Origin: Pelagomonas calceolata
Lineage: Eukaryota
Assembly: GCA_918797485.1 (NCBI GenBank)
Contig: CAKKNE010000002.1
Location: 310,001 to 374,000, forward strand
Direction: 5' to 3'
DNA length: 64,000 bases
Below are positions 23,003 to 33,632 of this stretch, piece after piece. The notes under the pieces are model-generated. The model made no database searches. It was given only the letters and a program-made list of their open reading frames with translations, and was not told the origin of the DNA. Within the stretch, counting starts at the first letter, position 1. Each line of letters starts with the position of its first letter. A program made the position numbers and the translations under genes.

Positions 23003-23571
23003 GGCTACGAGTTGCGAACCGCGCGCGCGGCACAGTGCATGCAGGCAGCCTGCTGCCGCTGTGAGTGAACCACCGGCGAATGCAGTGAGTGTTTTCTCTT
23101 GGTGCCGTGCCCGGGACCATGCATTCGACGCACCAGCCGTGCGGTGCAGGCATACAATCGCAATTGCCGGGTGCCTCGAGCCAGGCGCCGGGGCGGGCAG
23201 CTGAGCTGCACCCGCACGGTAAGAAAACTCGCCAATTACTCACGCAGGCAATCGGACGCATCGCTTCGAATGGTCCTGTCCCTGATTTCGTTTGCCCAGA
23301 CAGGCGCAGCGAGGGCTGGGCTTGACAGCAACCACAATAAAGGCCAAGACGGTACTCGTAGCGGTAAACGGTGCAGCAAAGACACCGGCGGCACGAGTCA
23401 TCAATCCTTTCGCTGCCAACGCTGTTTCATCCGTTGCTGCACACCTAGCTGCGAGCTTGAGCTAACACTCAGGAGTGTGCAGCATCACACTCGGAGCGCG
23501 CGTCGAGTGGAGGAGCGTTTCACACGTCAAGCGGAGCGCGTAGTACCGGCAAAGCAACCATATATTAAGCG

Positions 23572-24564
23572 ATGCACCGCATCGCTCTCTCCACCGCGCG
23601 CGCGCCCGTCGCGGCGGCGGCGGCGGCGGCGTACTACGGCTCGCGGCCGCGCGAGGCGGCCTGCGACCCGCAGCTCGTGCCGCACCCGGAGCGCCACGAC
23701 CGGCGGGGCGAGCTCCTCTTCGGCGTGCCGAAGAAGGGCCGGCTGCACGAGAAGATCGTGGGCATGCTCAAGGGCGCGGGCCTCGAGTACAAGCGCGAGG
23801 CGCGCCTCGACATCGCGCACTGCCGCGACCTGCCCGTGTCCCTCGTCTTCCTGCCGGCGGCGGACATCGCGACCTACGTGGGCGAGGGCGACGTGGACAT
23901 GGGCATCACGGGCGAGGACATCATCGCCGAGAGCGAGGTCGACGTCATCGAGCTGATGCGGCTCGGCATGGGCAAGTGCCGGCTGAGCGTGCAGGCGCCG
24001 GCGGGCTCGACGCAGGACCCGCGGCAGCTCGCGGGCAAGCGCGTCGTGACGTCGTTCCCGGTGCTCACGAAGAAGTACTTCGCGGGCCTCGAGACCGGCG
24101 CCGAGACCAAGGTCAAGTGCATCTCCGGGAGCGTCGAGGCGTCGTGCGGCCTCGGCCTCGCCGACGGCATCGTCGACCTCGTCGAGACGGGCACGACGAT
24201 GCGCGCCGCGGGCCTCGAGGAGGTGTCGGTCATCATGCACACGGAGACCGTGCTCATCGCGAACCCGCACTCGCACCATAAAGAATTGATTGAGCTCCTG
24301 CGGAAGCGCATCTCGGGCTTCATCACGGCGTCGCGCTACATGATGGTGACGTACAACGTGCCGCGCCACCTCCTGCACGTCGCGCGGCAGATCACGCCGG
24401 GCAAGAAGTCGCCCTCGATCCAGCCCCTCGAGGACGAGGCCTGGGTCGCCGTGTCCGCCCTCGTCGAGAAGTCCAAGGCGGCCACGATCATGGACTCGCT
24501 CGAGGCCGCGGGCGCGACGGACATCCTGCTCTCGGCGATCCACTCGTCGCGCATGGGCGACTGA
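23572..24564 (+). CDS. HIS1: ATP phosphoribosyltransferase (long form)
   Basis: FGVPKKGRL, DMGITGEDII, GSVEASCGLGLADGIVDLVETGTTMRAAGL, C-terminal regulatory domain. Confidence 0.96.
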   Translation: MHRIALSTARAPVAAAAAAAYYGSRPREAACDPQLVPHPERHDRRGELLFGVPKKGRLHEKIVGMLKGAGLEYKREARLDIAHCRDLPVSLVFLPAADIATYVGEGDVDMGITGEDIIAESEVDVIELMRLGMGKCRLSVQAPAGSTQDPRQLAGKRVVTSFPVLTKKYFAGLETGAETKVKCISGSVEASCGLGLADGIVDLVETGTTMRAAGLEEVSVIMHTETVLIANPHSHHKELIELLRKRISGFITASRYMMVTYNVPRHLLHVARQITPGKKSPSIQPLEDEAWVAVSALVEKSKAATIMDSLEAAGATDILLSAIHSSRMGD

Positions 24565-24618
24565 GGCGCTGGCTGAGCGGGGATAGTGGAGGCGTGTAGA
24601 GAACACACATAACTAAGT

Positions 24619-25539
24619 TTATGATGACGACGCCCGCTCGACGAGCGTGCAGACGTCGGGGACCTCGCCGCGGAGCGCTGCTCGCGCGTGCGCCGTCCCG
24701 GCCTCGACGACGACGACGGGCGTTCCAGCACGTGCGATCGCGATCGCGGACTCGAGCTTCGCGGCCACGCCGCCGGTCACGTCGTGGAGGGCTGTCGACG
24801 TCGCGATTTTGGGGCCTCGTCCAGCGCCCACCGAGATCCGCGGGACGAGCGTCGCGCCCGGCTCGTCCGGCGGGCGGTCAAAAACCCCGGGTACATCCGT
24901 GATAAAAACGACGAGCTTCGGCCGCAATTCTTCCGCGAGGAGCGTCATGAGAGTATCCCCGGACAGGATACTTGCTCCCTGGATTTCGTCTATGCAAGCG
25001 TCGCCATGGATTGCGGGCACGCAGCCAGTTCCGAGCAGTTCGCGGACGCGGGCGACGCCGCGGCGCCGCGCTGCGCGTGGCACGACGCCTCTGCCGCGCG
25101 TCGCGCCAAATGCGTCGCAGGGCGAAACCCCCACGGCTGCGACGCCTGCCGCGAGCAGCCCGTCAACGACGAGCCCGTTCAATTTGCACACCGACGAGCG
25201 CGTTAGCCCAAAGCCGCGCCAGGAAAACTTTGGGTCTCCCGATCCCTTTGACACGGCGTGCTCACGCGCCTGGAAGTGGCCGAAGCTTCCCGCGCCGTGG
25301 ACTACGGCGACGCGTTTGCCGCTTTGCGCGATATTTTCGCAGCAGTCGCGTAGGTTGTCGGCATGCAGCGTCTCGAACGATGCCTTGTTGGTCAGAGCGC
25401 TGCCGCCGAGCTTAACCAGGACGTCTAGTTGGTTGCTGCTGCCCCAGCGTCTCCGGAGAGAACGCGTGAGGTGAGCGGTCGCGGGCGGCAGTGCGAGCAC
25501 TATAAGTGCGAGGCACCAGCGTTGTGCATCTGTGGGCAT
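24619..25539 (-). CDS. IPK: Isopentenyl phosphate kinase (amino-acid kinase family)
   Basis: VKLGGSALTNK, VVHGAGSFGHFQA, HGDA, ILSGD, TDVPGVFD, DVTGG. Confidence 0.85.
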   Translation of the reverse strand: MPTDAQRWCLALIVLALPPATAHLTRSLRRRWGSSNQLDVLVKLGGSALTNKASFETLHADNLRDCCENIAQSGKRVAVVHGAGSFGHFQAREHAVSKGSGDPKFSWRGFGLTRSSVCKLNGLVVDGLLAAGVAAVGVSPCDAFGATRGRGVVPRAARRRGVARVRELLGTGCVPAIHGDACIDEIQGASILSGDTLMTLLAEELRPKLVVFITDVPGVFDRPPDEPGATLVPRISVGAGRGPKIATSTALHDVTGGVAAKLESAIAIARAGTPVVVVEAGTAHARAALRGEVPDVCTLVERASSS

Positions 25540-25792
25540 TGTTTACGCGCCAAATGCCGGCAGGCCTAGGCCTAATTGCGCCGGCCTAGCGGCGTACGGC
25601 ACTAGCAAGCCATTTTTTTGCCGCGCGGTCTGATAGCCCAACACCTGCCGACGCGCGGCATCACGGACTCACACTGCCGCCTCAGTCGCTTATATAGCCA
25701 AGAGAGGCCCAGGCTCCGAGTCATCTGGACTCTAAGAATTGAAATTTGAATTATACTACTAATACGCCTCCAGGGCCGCGCCGCGCCACGTC

Positions 25793-26203
25793 ATGGGCCA
25801 GTTCTCCTACGCATGCAAATCGTGTGGCGGCCACGACCAATTCGACTGGGTCACCTCGTGCGTCGTCGAGCTCGCGCTCACGACGGGAGAGACGATCCAC
25901 GTCGAGGGCCATTACGATGGGTACGGCCGCGCGATTTGCCGCGTCGGCGAGGACCAGCAGTGCCGCGTCTATCCGGACCAGTTCGTCCAGTTTTTCAAAC
26001 ACTGGGGCGGCGTACAGATCACTACAAGCAAGATCTGGTGCAACGGCTCCCACGGTTGTGAGCGGAACTGCGTCCCTCGCGGCACCGACATCCTGGACCG
26101 CATCCCCGCCGAGCGCTACGACGAGCTGCAGATGCTCGCCGGCGCCCCGAAAAGTGATCTGCGCGAGCCCTACGACGCCGACGGCATGAAAGGGGACTAC
26201 TGA
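25793..26203 (+). CDS. Small Cys-containing hypothetical protein
   Basis: MGQFSYACKSCGGH...EGHYDGYGR; TATATA about 100 bp upstream; coding-like codon bias. Confidence 0.6.
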   Translation: MGQFSYACKSCGGHDQFDWVTSCVVELALTTGETIHVEGHYDGYGRAICRVGEDQQCRVYPDQFVQFFKHWGGVQITTSKIWCNGSHGCERNCVPRGTDILDRIPAERYDELQMLAGAPKSDLREPYDADGMKGDY

Positions 26204-26355
26204 AGCTCCACAAGGGACTGAAGGGAGCCGCTCCACAAGGGAGCCCAGGCCGGGAAACATCGCCCGCGCCTCGAATCTACCACTTCGCCGTCGCAAGGAT
26301 AACTACTCTTTCTCGAATCTGTAGAAAAGGGGTGCGGGGCGGGGGAGGAGAACGC

Positions 26356-27678
26356 CTAGCCCGCCGCCACCACCCACCCGCGGAGCTGGCGCGAGAGCGT
26401 CTCGAGGACGAGCGCGCGGTCCCTTGTCGAATCGCGGCGCGTGTCGAGGCGGCAGCAGCAGTGCGTCGGGAGGAGCGCGGGCGCGCGGACGACGGTCGCG
26501 ACGCCGTCGCACCGGACGCCGACCGTCTCGACGAGGTGGAGGAGGGCCACGGCCGGGAGCGCGTCCGTCCAGGCGCGGGGCACGCCGGCCGCCACGAGGT
26601 CGTCGGCGAAGGAGGCCGCGTGCGCGGCGACGGCGCGGGCCACGGCGCCGTCGTCCGCCGCCCGCGCCGCGAGGTACGCGGCCGCGCCGACGCACGACAG
26701 GCACCGGACTTGGTTCCGCACGATGAGGTTGTCCGTCGAGACGTGGGCGTACTCGACGCCGGGCAGCGCGACGTGGCCCCGGGCGAAGAGCCGGACCGCC
26801 GCGGACTGGATCGGCGCGTCGCCCCAGCGGTGGACGTAGATGCCCCCCGTCGCGTCGACGGCCGCGAGGTACCGGCGCACGTCGGCGCCGCGCCAGAAGT
26901 CGACGACGGTCGCGAAGACGTTGTTGAAGAACATGGCGTCCACGACGCCCCGCGCGAGCGGCCCGCAGTCGCCTCGGCCGCCGAGCACCTCGCAGTAGGC
27001 CCGGACCCAGGGGCCGAAGGTCCGGGCCGTCGGGCCGTGCGACTCGCCCGTCTCGGCGCCCCAGGCGTAGTCCGCGTCGCTCTCCCAGAGCAGCCGGAAT
27101 GGGTCGTAGGGCGCCCGCGCCAGGAAGAAGACGTCGTCGTCGACGCGCATGACGACGTCGAAGTCCGCCACCTGGTCCCAGAGCTGCAGGCCGTAGAAGC
27201 GGCACATGTGCTTGTAGCCCTCGCTCCGGTCCGTCGCGGCCCACTGCTCCGCGGGCGGCCGGTCGGCGGTGCCCCAGACGCCCGCCAGCCCGCGGAAGAC
27301 GAGCCAGGGCGCGCGCGCCCGCAGGGCCGCCACGTGGCCCTCCGGAATGTCGCCCTCGTGGAAGACGACGTGCGGGTAGCGCCGCTCGAGGCGGAACGCG
27401 TCCTGCACGCGGTGGGCGGACTCCAGAAACGCGGCGTACCGCGTCTCGTCGCCCCGCCGCCGCAGGAGCGACACGAAGGCGCAGCGCACGGAGGCGTCCC
27501 ACGGCCGCCGCCCCGGCCGCGGCTCGGGCGCCGGCGGTCGGACGGGCACGACGGGCGCCGGCGGTCGGGCGGCGAGCATCGAAGGGGTGACAACCGGCGC
27601 GGGCGGCGGCGGCCGCGACCACCACCAGCCGCCGAAGACCAGCGCCAGCGCCGCGGCGCGCCAGCGCCATCTGCTCAT
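26356..27678 (-). CDS. GT15 alpha-1,2-mannosyltransferase (KRE2/KTR family)
   Basis: GYKHMCRFY, VMRVDDD, FFNN, GGIYVHRWGDAPIQ; type II membrane anchor. Confidence 0.88.
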   Translation of the reverse strand: MSRWRWRAAALALVFGGWWWSRPPPPAPVVTPSMLAARPPAPVVPVRPPAPEPRPGRRPWDASVRCAFVSLLRRRGDETRYAAFLESAHRVQDAFRLERRYPHVVFHEGDIPEGHVAALRARAPWLVFRGLAGVWGTADRPPAEQWAATDRSEGYKHMCRFYGLQLWDQVADFDVVMRVDDDVFFLARAPYDPFRLLWESDADYAWGAETGESHGPTARTFGPWVRAYCEVLGGRGDCGPLARGVVDAMFFNNVFATVVDFWRGADVRRYLAAVDATGGIYVHRWGDAPIQSAAVRLFARGHVALPGVEYAHVSTDNLIVRNQVRCLSCVGAAAYLAARAADDGAVARAVAAHAASFADDLVAAGVPRAWTDALPAVALLHLVETVGVRCDGVATVVRAPALLPTHCCCRLDTRRDSTRDRALVLETLSRQLRGWVVAAG

Positions 27679-28050
27679 AGGGGCAGCCCTGCATGCCTTT
27701 TCTCTCTTCGAGTCGCGCCGCGCGCGCATGGGCCTCATGGTGGCAGCTGCGCAGTTTGGAGTCTCGTCCACAAGAATAGCACAGTGACGCCGCATATGCC
27801 TGTGTTGCTGGCCCGGCGGCGGCGGGCAACAAGGCACATCACAAATGGGCATAGGGGGTCGGTCCGTGGGCAGGTTGCAGATTTCCACCTCCGAGTTGTG
27901 GCAGGTTTTAGGTTTCCGGATGACTAGAAAGGGCAATCGAGGATTCCAGCTCGCGGCCGCTGGCGCGCGACGAGATGTCCACCCTGAGAAAGTCCCTGAG
28001 AGCACGGCTAGCAAAACAACGACGTCCAAAGGAAAAGCTTACGGGGGGGG

Positions 28051-29139
28051 CTAGCCCGCGATGTCGCCGTACTTGACCTTCTCGTCGCGGACCATGACCT
28101 TGAACGCGGCGCAGAGCGTCCGCGCCTCGAGCTCGGAGCCGCACTCGATGTCGAGCGTCCGGTCCACGAGGACCAGCGAGAAGGCGCGCTTCATGATCGT
28201 GGGCCCGTCGGCCGTCTGCCGCAGGATGTGCGTCCCCGCCACGGGCTTGAGGAGCGACGCGGCCGGGTCCACCTCCGAGGCCATGCGGACCGCGTCGATG
28301 TCGCGCAGGCTCACCATCGTCGTCTCGGGCTGGCCTCGCTTCCAGCCGACGCGCGTCTCGGCGCGGTTCAGGCACAGCACGCGGTCGCGCTTCCGGAGGT
28401 CGCTGCAGTGCTTCACGAACGGGATGCCCTTCCGGAGGCTCCGCTTGACGCGCACCAGGTTCACTTCTATCTCCGGCGCCGGCTTCGGCCCTGCTTTCGG
28501 CGTCGCGGCCGGCGATCGCCTCGCGGCCGCCGCCGGTGGCGGCGCGGGCGCGGGCGGCGCGGGCGGCTTGGCTTTCGGACTCGGCGGCGTCGCGGCCGGC
28601 TTCGCGATCGGAGTCGTGGCGGCTTCGCGCGCGGCGGCCGGCGGCGCCGCTTTGGCCGGCGGCGGCGCGGCCGCCTTGGGCGCCGCCCGCGGCTTCTTGG
28701 CCGCCGCGCGGGGCGACGGCGCCGCGCGCGCCGGGGGCGGTTCGTCGGCGTCGTCGATGATCTCCGGCGGCGCGTCGATGCGCTCGACCGCGGGCCCGCC
28801 GCGCGGCGCGGCTTCGCCCAGCACGAGCGTGCGGTACTCCTCGCCGTAGGCGTCGTCGTCGAACGCGGCCGCGGACGCCCGCGCCGGCGCGTCCTCCGCC
28901 GGCCCGAACGTGTCGGTGCGCCCGTCCGCCGACACGACGGTGATGCTCGCCTGGCTCACCGTGAAGGACCCGTCGGCGCCGTCGTCGAGCAGGCACGAGC
29001 AGCTGTTCGGCCCGCAGACGTAGTCCGTGCTCACGTCGAACCAGCGGTCCACGGCGTCGCCGACGGCGCCGAGGCCCAGCCCCCGGCTGGAACTAGTAGG
29101 ACTCTCGGCCGCCTCCGTGCTGCTCTGGGTGGCGCCCAT
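28051..29139 (-). CDS. Acylated PH-domain protein
   Basis: MG start; C-terminal PH (LRKGIPFVKH...RAFSLVLVDRTLDIEC); Pro/Ala linker. Confidence 0.7.
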   Translation of the reverse strand: MGATQSSTEAAESPTSSSRGLGLGAVGDAVDRWFDVSTDYVCGPNSCSCLLDDGADGSFTVSQASITVVSADGRTDTFGPAEDAPARASAAAFDDDAYGEEYRTLVLGEAAPRGGPAVERIDAPPEIIDDADEPPPARAAPSPRAAAKKPRAAPKAAAPPPAKAAPPAAAREAATTPIAKPAATPPSPKAKPPAPPAPAPPPAAAARRSPAATPKAGPKPAPEIEVNLVRVKRSLRKGIPFVKHCSDLRKRDRVLCLNRAETRVGWKRGQPETTMVSLRDIDAVRMASEVDPAASLLKPVAGTHILRQTADGPTIMKRAFSLVLVDRTLDIECGSELEARTLCAAFKVMVRDEKVKYGDIAG

Positions 29140-29344
29140 TTTTAAGGTTGAGGGGGGGAAGCTTAAGGTGTTGGGGCAATTGTTGTGTTGGGGCAGCCCG
29201 TGCCGGCCGGCTGCCTTACAGACAGCAGAGGCCGCGAATCCCCGCGATCGCGTCCCCTGGGCCGCTTGCTAGTGTCTTAGGTCGCTAGTTAGGAATCGAG
29301 GATATGGAGGACGCGTAATGGTCCACATCACAGCGATAAACTGA

Positions 29345-30853
29345 CTACGCGTAGGGCGGCGGCGCGACGACGTCGAGGGCCGCGGCCTCGGCGCGGTAGG
29401 CCGCCGCAACACTCTCCGCGAGGCGGAGCGCGGCGTCGCGGAACGAACGCGCGGCCTCGGCAGCGGCGCCGACGGTTCCGGGCGAGTCGCCCGCCGCGGC
29501 GCGGCGCAGGTCCGCCGCGTCGGCGTCGGCGATGGCCGCGAGTCGCCGCCAGGCGCGCGCGAGCGCCGGCGGGGCCGCGGCCGCGGCGACGGCGGCCTCG
29601 ACCGCCGCGCCGCCGTCGACGGCCGCGGCCGCCCGCGCCGCCGCAGCCGGCTCGAGCTCGAGCGTGACGGCGACGACCGTCGAGGCATTGCGGCCGCGCG
29701 CCCACGTCGTCTCCGGCGGCGGCGCCGGCGCAGCGCGGATGCGCGCCGCGTCGACGGCGGCCGGGAGCACGGGCTGCCAGCGGTACGTCCCCCGGGGCCA
29801 CGCGCGCGGGCCGAGCGCGGCGTCGAGGAGCGCCGCGCGCGGCGCGTCGGCGGCCGCGAGCCCCACGGGCCGCGCGACGACGGCGTCGTCGTCGAAGGGC
29901 GGCGGCAGCACGAAGCCGTGCGCGACGAAGTAGTCGAAGTTCGTCCAGCCGTAGTTCCTGTGTGGAAATCAAATTTCAGGCGCCCCACGCCATCGACGTG
30001 ACGTCGTCTCCGTGATTGAGTCTGCTCGATGGCGTGATTTCCACACAGCATGTGGCTCGACGACCTCGGCGTCGGCCGCGACCGGGGTCGGCGTCCGCAT
30101 GGCGGCCGCGCCGCCGTCAAACGCCGCCCTCGACCGCGGCGCTCCGGGCGCCCAGCGGCAGTTCGTCATGTCCACCACGGGCACGAACGCCCAGGCCGGC
30201 GCGCCGCCGGGCCCGAGGCCCCGCACGAAGATGCAGCGCGTCATCCAGCACCGGTAGGCCCACCGCCACCGGCTCCGCGGCACGCCGACGTCGTAGCACG
30301 CGCGCGCCGCTTCCACGAACCGGGCCTCGTCGCGCCGCGCGTCCCGCAGCGCGTCGAGCGCGTAGGTGCCCGCGAGGCACGCGTCGCCCGACGCGTCGCG
30401 GAGCGGGTGCGCCGCGAAGCGCTTCGGCAGCGCCCGCACGTACGGAGCATGGGGCGAGGCGTCGCCGGCGGCCCGCTCCAACGCTAGCCGCGCACAGACC
30501 GTCAGCGCAACGATTCCCTCCGCGTCGCAGCCGACGGCCGCCGCGCGCGCCTCGCCGCGCGCGAGTGCGGCTGACGCGAGCGACGACGCGCGGTCGAGGA
30601 GCAGGCGCCGCGGCACCCGCACGTAGGCGTCGCCGGCCCCGAGCGGGGCCATCGCGAAGAGGCCGCAGCGGTTGTCCGCCGAGGCTCGGACCTCGGCGGC
30701 GCCCGAGCCTCCGCATCGCGCAAACCACGCGTTCAGCTCCGCCGCGGCAGTCGCAGGATTAGGGTCCTCTCCGTCGCTTTCGTCGTCCTCTTCGAGGTAT
30801 GGCGCCGCGACGTGCTCGTAGGCGAGGCTGAGGGCGGTGCGCAGTGCCAGCAT
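29345..30853 (-). CDS. SET-domain (Rubisco LSMT/SETD3-like) methyltransferase; exons 30853-30057 and 29957-29345 (469 aa)
   Basis: RCGLFA, PYVRALP, VPVVDMTNC; splicing yields EVVE|NYGWTNFDYFVAHGFV (YG..N...GF motif). Confidence 0.85.
29958..30056 (-). mobile_element. Introner-type intron, 99 nt, GC-AG; element 29958-30048 with perfect 13-bp TIR
   Basis: CTGTGTGGAAATC...GATTTCCACACAG; internal IR CACGCCATCGA/TCGATGGCGTG; donor GC 8 nt outside the TIR. Confidence 0.9.
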
Positions 30854-30870
30854 TTTCGTGTAGGCTGCCC

Positions 30871-31026
30871 GATGCGCTCTTGTGATGTGATGGCTGCCCA
30901 GAGCGTTATCAGAGCATGGATGATGGCTGCAGCAGAGCGTTATCAGAATATGGATGCGCTCTTGTGATCAATTTGTGTGATGGCAAAGGGCTGCCAAGAG
31001 GTATAAGGTACCGAGGTATAAGGTAT
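30871..31026. repeat. Patchwork of short direct repeats in a divergent intergenic region
   Basis: gatgcgctcttgtgat x2; tgatggctgc..cagagcgttatcaga x2; gaggtataaggta x2. Confidence 0.75.
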
Positions 31027-31271
31027 GATACCTCTGCCTGGCAAGCAAAAAAAGTGGCTGTTTTTGCCCGTGGCATATCATTGTAACTTACTGTGCTGCA
31101 GAGAGTTCGCATAGCTCCTACTGGGAGGCTTTCGTGCGAGAAAACGCGACCGAGCAGCGCCCAAAACCAGTTGCTGCGGGCCGCGTCGATAGCGTACAAG
31201 GCAGCGCCGTACCGCGCACGCCTACGCATGCCTGATCGGAGATGCCTGGCACATGAGACGGCGCTGAAGAC

Positions 31272-32195
31272 ATGACAGAGGAGTCCAAGGGCGAAGCGGC
31301 GGAGGCAGCACTCGAAGCCGCAAACAGAGCGGCTGCGAAAAGTGCAGCGCCGAGCAAGGCACCAGCACCCGCCACGGCCACCGCGCCAACCCGCAAAAAG
31401 CCAGCCGGCGCGCCGGCGCCCGCCGCGAGCGCGCGAGCGCGACCGGCGAGCGACGCGCACGCGGTCGACGCGCAAGCGATGGAGGCCAAGTTCCAGGAGC
31501 TGTTGCGCGGCCGGCGGGGCGACGCGCTCCGCCACGTGCCGACGCCGCCGACGTCGCCGCCGCCCGGGACGCGGCGGCGGCGGCGCGCGCCGCCCGCGTC
31601 GGAGAGCGCCGCACGCGCGCCGCTCGCGCCGCCCGCGGCGGGGCCGGCGGCGCCGCCGCCACCCGCGGAGGCCGCCGCGGCGCTGACGCCGCTGTCGGCG
31701 CTGCGGCTGCTGTCGGTCTGCGACAGCGAGAGCGGGGAAGGGCTCTTCGAGCGGGTCTGGCGGTGGCCCGAGGGCGCAGACCCGAAGGGAATCGGAAACC
31801 TCGTCCGGTCTTTTTTCCTCGTCGCGCGGCAGCTCGACCACGGCATGATCTCGCGCGTTGTCTTCGAGGCGCCCGAGGACGAGGCCGCGCTCGTGCCGCA
31901 CGCGGGCATCGGCGAGGCCATGGAGATGCTCTGCACGCGGAACGAGCGCGTCGTCGTCGCCGTCTTCCACGAGTCGCGCGGCGCCTTCGCCGACGAGGAC
32001 GACGAGGAGGCGCGCGAGGTCCACGTCGCCATGCGCCAGCTCGTCGAGCAGGCGCGCGAGCTCTGGTCGCCGGACGTGTCCCGGGCGGATTTCAAGACGA
32101 CCGTCGACCGCCTCTGCGCGCGCATCGTCGGCTTGCCGCCGCCGCCGCCGGACCCCCGACAGCCGTCGCCGCCGCCGCGGCCGAAGAGCATGTGA
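31272..32195 (+). CDS. Hypothetical protein (possible longin-like C-terminal fold)
   Basis: Low-complexity N-terminus then a globular region LFERVWRW...LVRSFFLVARQLDHG. Confidence 0.6.
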   Translation: MTEESKGEAAEAALEAANRAAAKSAAPSKAPAPATATAPTRKKPAGAPAPAASARARPASDAHAVDAQAMEAKFQELLRGRRGDALRHVPTPPTSPPPGTRRRRRAPPASESAARAPLAPPAAGPAAPPPPAEAAAALTPLSALRLLSVCDSESGEGLFERVWRWPEGADPKGIGNLVRSFFLVARQLDHGMISRVVFEAPEDEAALVPHAGIGEAMEMLCTRNERVVVAVFHESRGAFADEDDEEAREVHVAMRQLVEQARELWSPDVSRADFKTTVDRLCARIVGLPPPPPDPRQPSPPPRPKSM

Positions 32196-32730
32196 GTAGT
32201 ACAGTAGTAATTTTATGAAGTCACTTCCTCCTTCCTCCTCGCAGATCTCAATCGCGCTCGGCCGCGAGAGAGAGAGAGCCGCTTATTTATCGAGCTAGCT
32301 CCTCTAGCACGGACCCCGAGTGCGTCACGACGGCGTACATAAACCCCGGTTTTAAAGGCCAGCCATAGCCAGAGCTCCCGCCCAGGTATAAGTATAAGTA
32401 CATACTGTACCTTACTCGCAAGCGCCTTGGAGCGTCTGTACGTGGGAGCTCATTTTGTGGCCCCTTCGAAGCGCCCTGACGACGAGTACCACTCGAAAGT
32501 CGAGACGAGGGAGCGCATCCATCAATTTAACTTAAATAAAAAGAGCGCGCGCCACGGCGTTCAAATCCCACCGGGCGCGCGCGCCCATCGCGAGTCCCAC
32601 GCGCCCACCCACGCGCGCGCCGCATCGAAAAGGCGCTCGGCGGTCCCTCCCTTAGGCCATAATTTTGGCCCTCGACGAGAGACGCCCGGCCCGCCGCAGG
32701 CAGCAGGTCACGACCCAGCCGCGCGAGACA

Positions 32731-33564
32731 ATGGTCTACCGGCCCCAGACGCACGCGCGGCCCCACGAGCCGAGCCAGCGAGATATCGAGGCGTCGGACG
32801 CCGAGGTCCAGCGCTTCCTCGACGACCCCGAGGCCGCGGACGTCGACTGGGAGACGTACGCCGCCGGCTACAAGTGGGGCCCGGACTTCGTGCGCTACTT
32901 CAACGAGGCGCTCGCGGCGAACGGCGAGCGCACCGACGGCGTCTACGGCGACCGCGGGCTCGAGGCCTGGCCCGAGGCGCGCGTCGTCGACTGCCCGCTC
33001 GCGCGGCGCCTCGACGGCGCGCTGGGCCGCGCCGCCGACGCGCGCACGCGCAAGATCTGCGCCGACCACGCGGCGTGCGTCGAGGCCCTGCTGCGCGACT
33101 TCGTCGCGCGCCACGAGCCGGCGCCGGCCGCCGCGGCCGACCCGCCGCCGGCGTCCGCGGCGGCCATGAGCGTCGACGACCCGCACTCGGCGCCGTTCAC
33201 GCCGCACGCGCCGCGGCGGTCGCAGCTCGACCCCGTCTCGACCGACTCGGAGGACGAGGACGACGCGATCGCGCCGCGGGGGCTCGGCGCGTTCGACGGC
33301 TACGGCTCGCGCGACGACGACGACGACGACGCGGACAGCGGCGGCGGCGACGACTGGTCGGCGCCGGCGGCGTCGCCCGACGCGCGCGAGCGCGGCTTCG
33401 ACCGCGACGACGACTACTCGGCCGAGGACGACCTCTGCAAGGGCGTGCGCCGCATGTCCACGACGCCTCAGAAGGCGCCGGAGCCGCGCGCCCCCTTCCG
33501 CCACTACTCGTACCGCGACGCCGACGAGCGGCCGCCGGCGTGGCAGCGCAAGTCGGCCTTCTAA
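32731..33564 (+). CDS. Hypothetical protein
   Basis: High GC3 ORF; first ATG at 32731. Confidence 0.55.
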   Translation: MVYRPQTHARPHEPSQRDIEASDAEVQRFLDDPEAADVDWETYAAGYKWGPDFVRYFNEALAANGERTDGVYGDRGLEAWPEARVVDCPLARRLDGALGRAADARTRKICADHAACVEALLRDFVARHEPAPAAAADPPPASAAAMSVDDPHSAPFTPHAPRRSQLDPVSTDSEDEDDAIAPRGLGAFDGYGSRDDDDDDADSGGGDDWSAPAASPDARERGFDRDDDYSAEDDLCKGVRRMSTTPQKAPEPRAPFRHYSYRDADERPPAWQRKSAF

Positions 33565-33632
33565 GCAAGCAAGCCCCCGCGCGCGGCACAAGGCCCCGCG
33601 GTCCGTCGATAACGTAAACACGAATTATGTCC

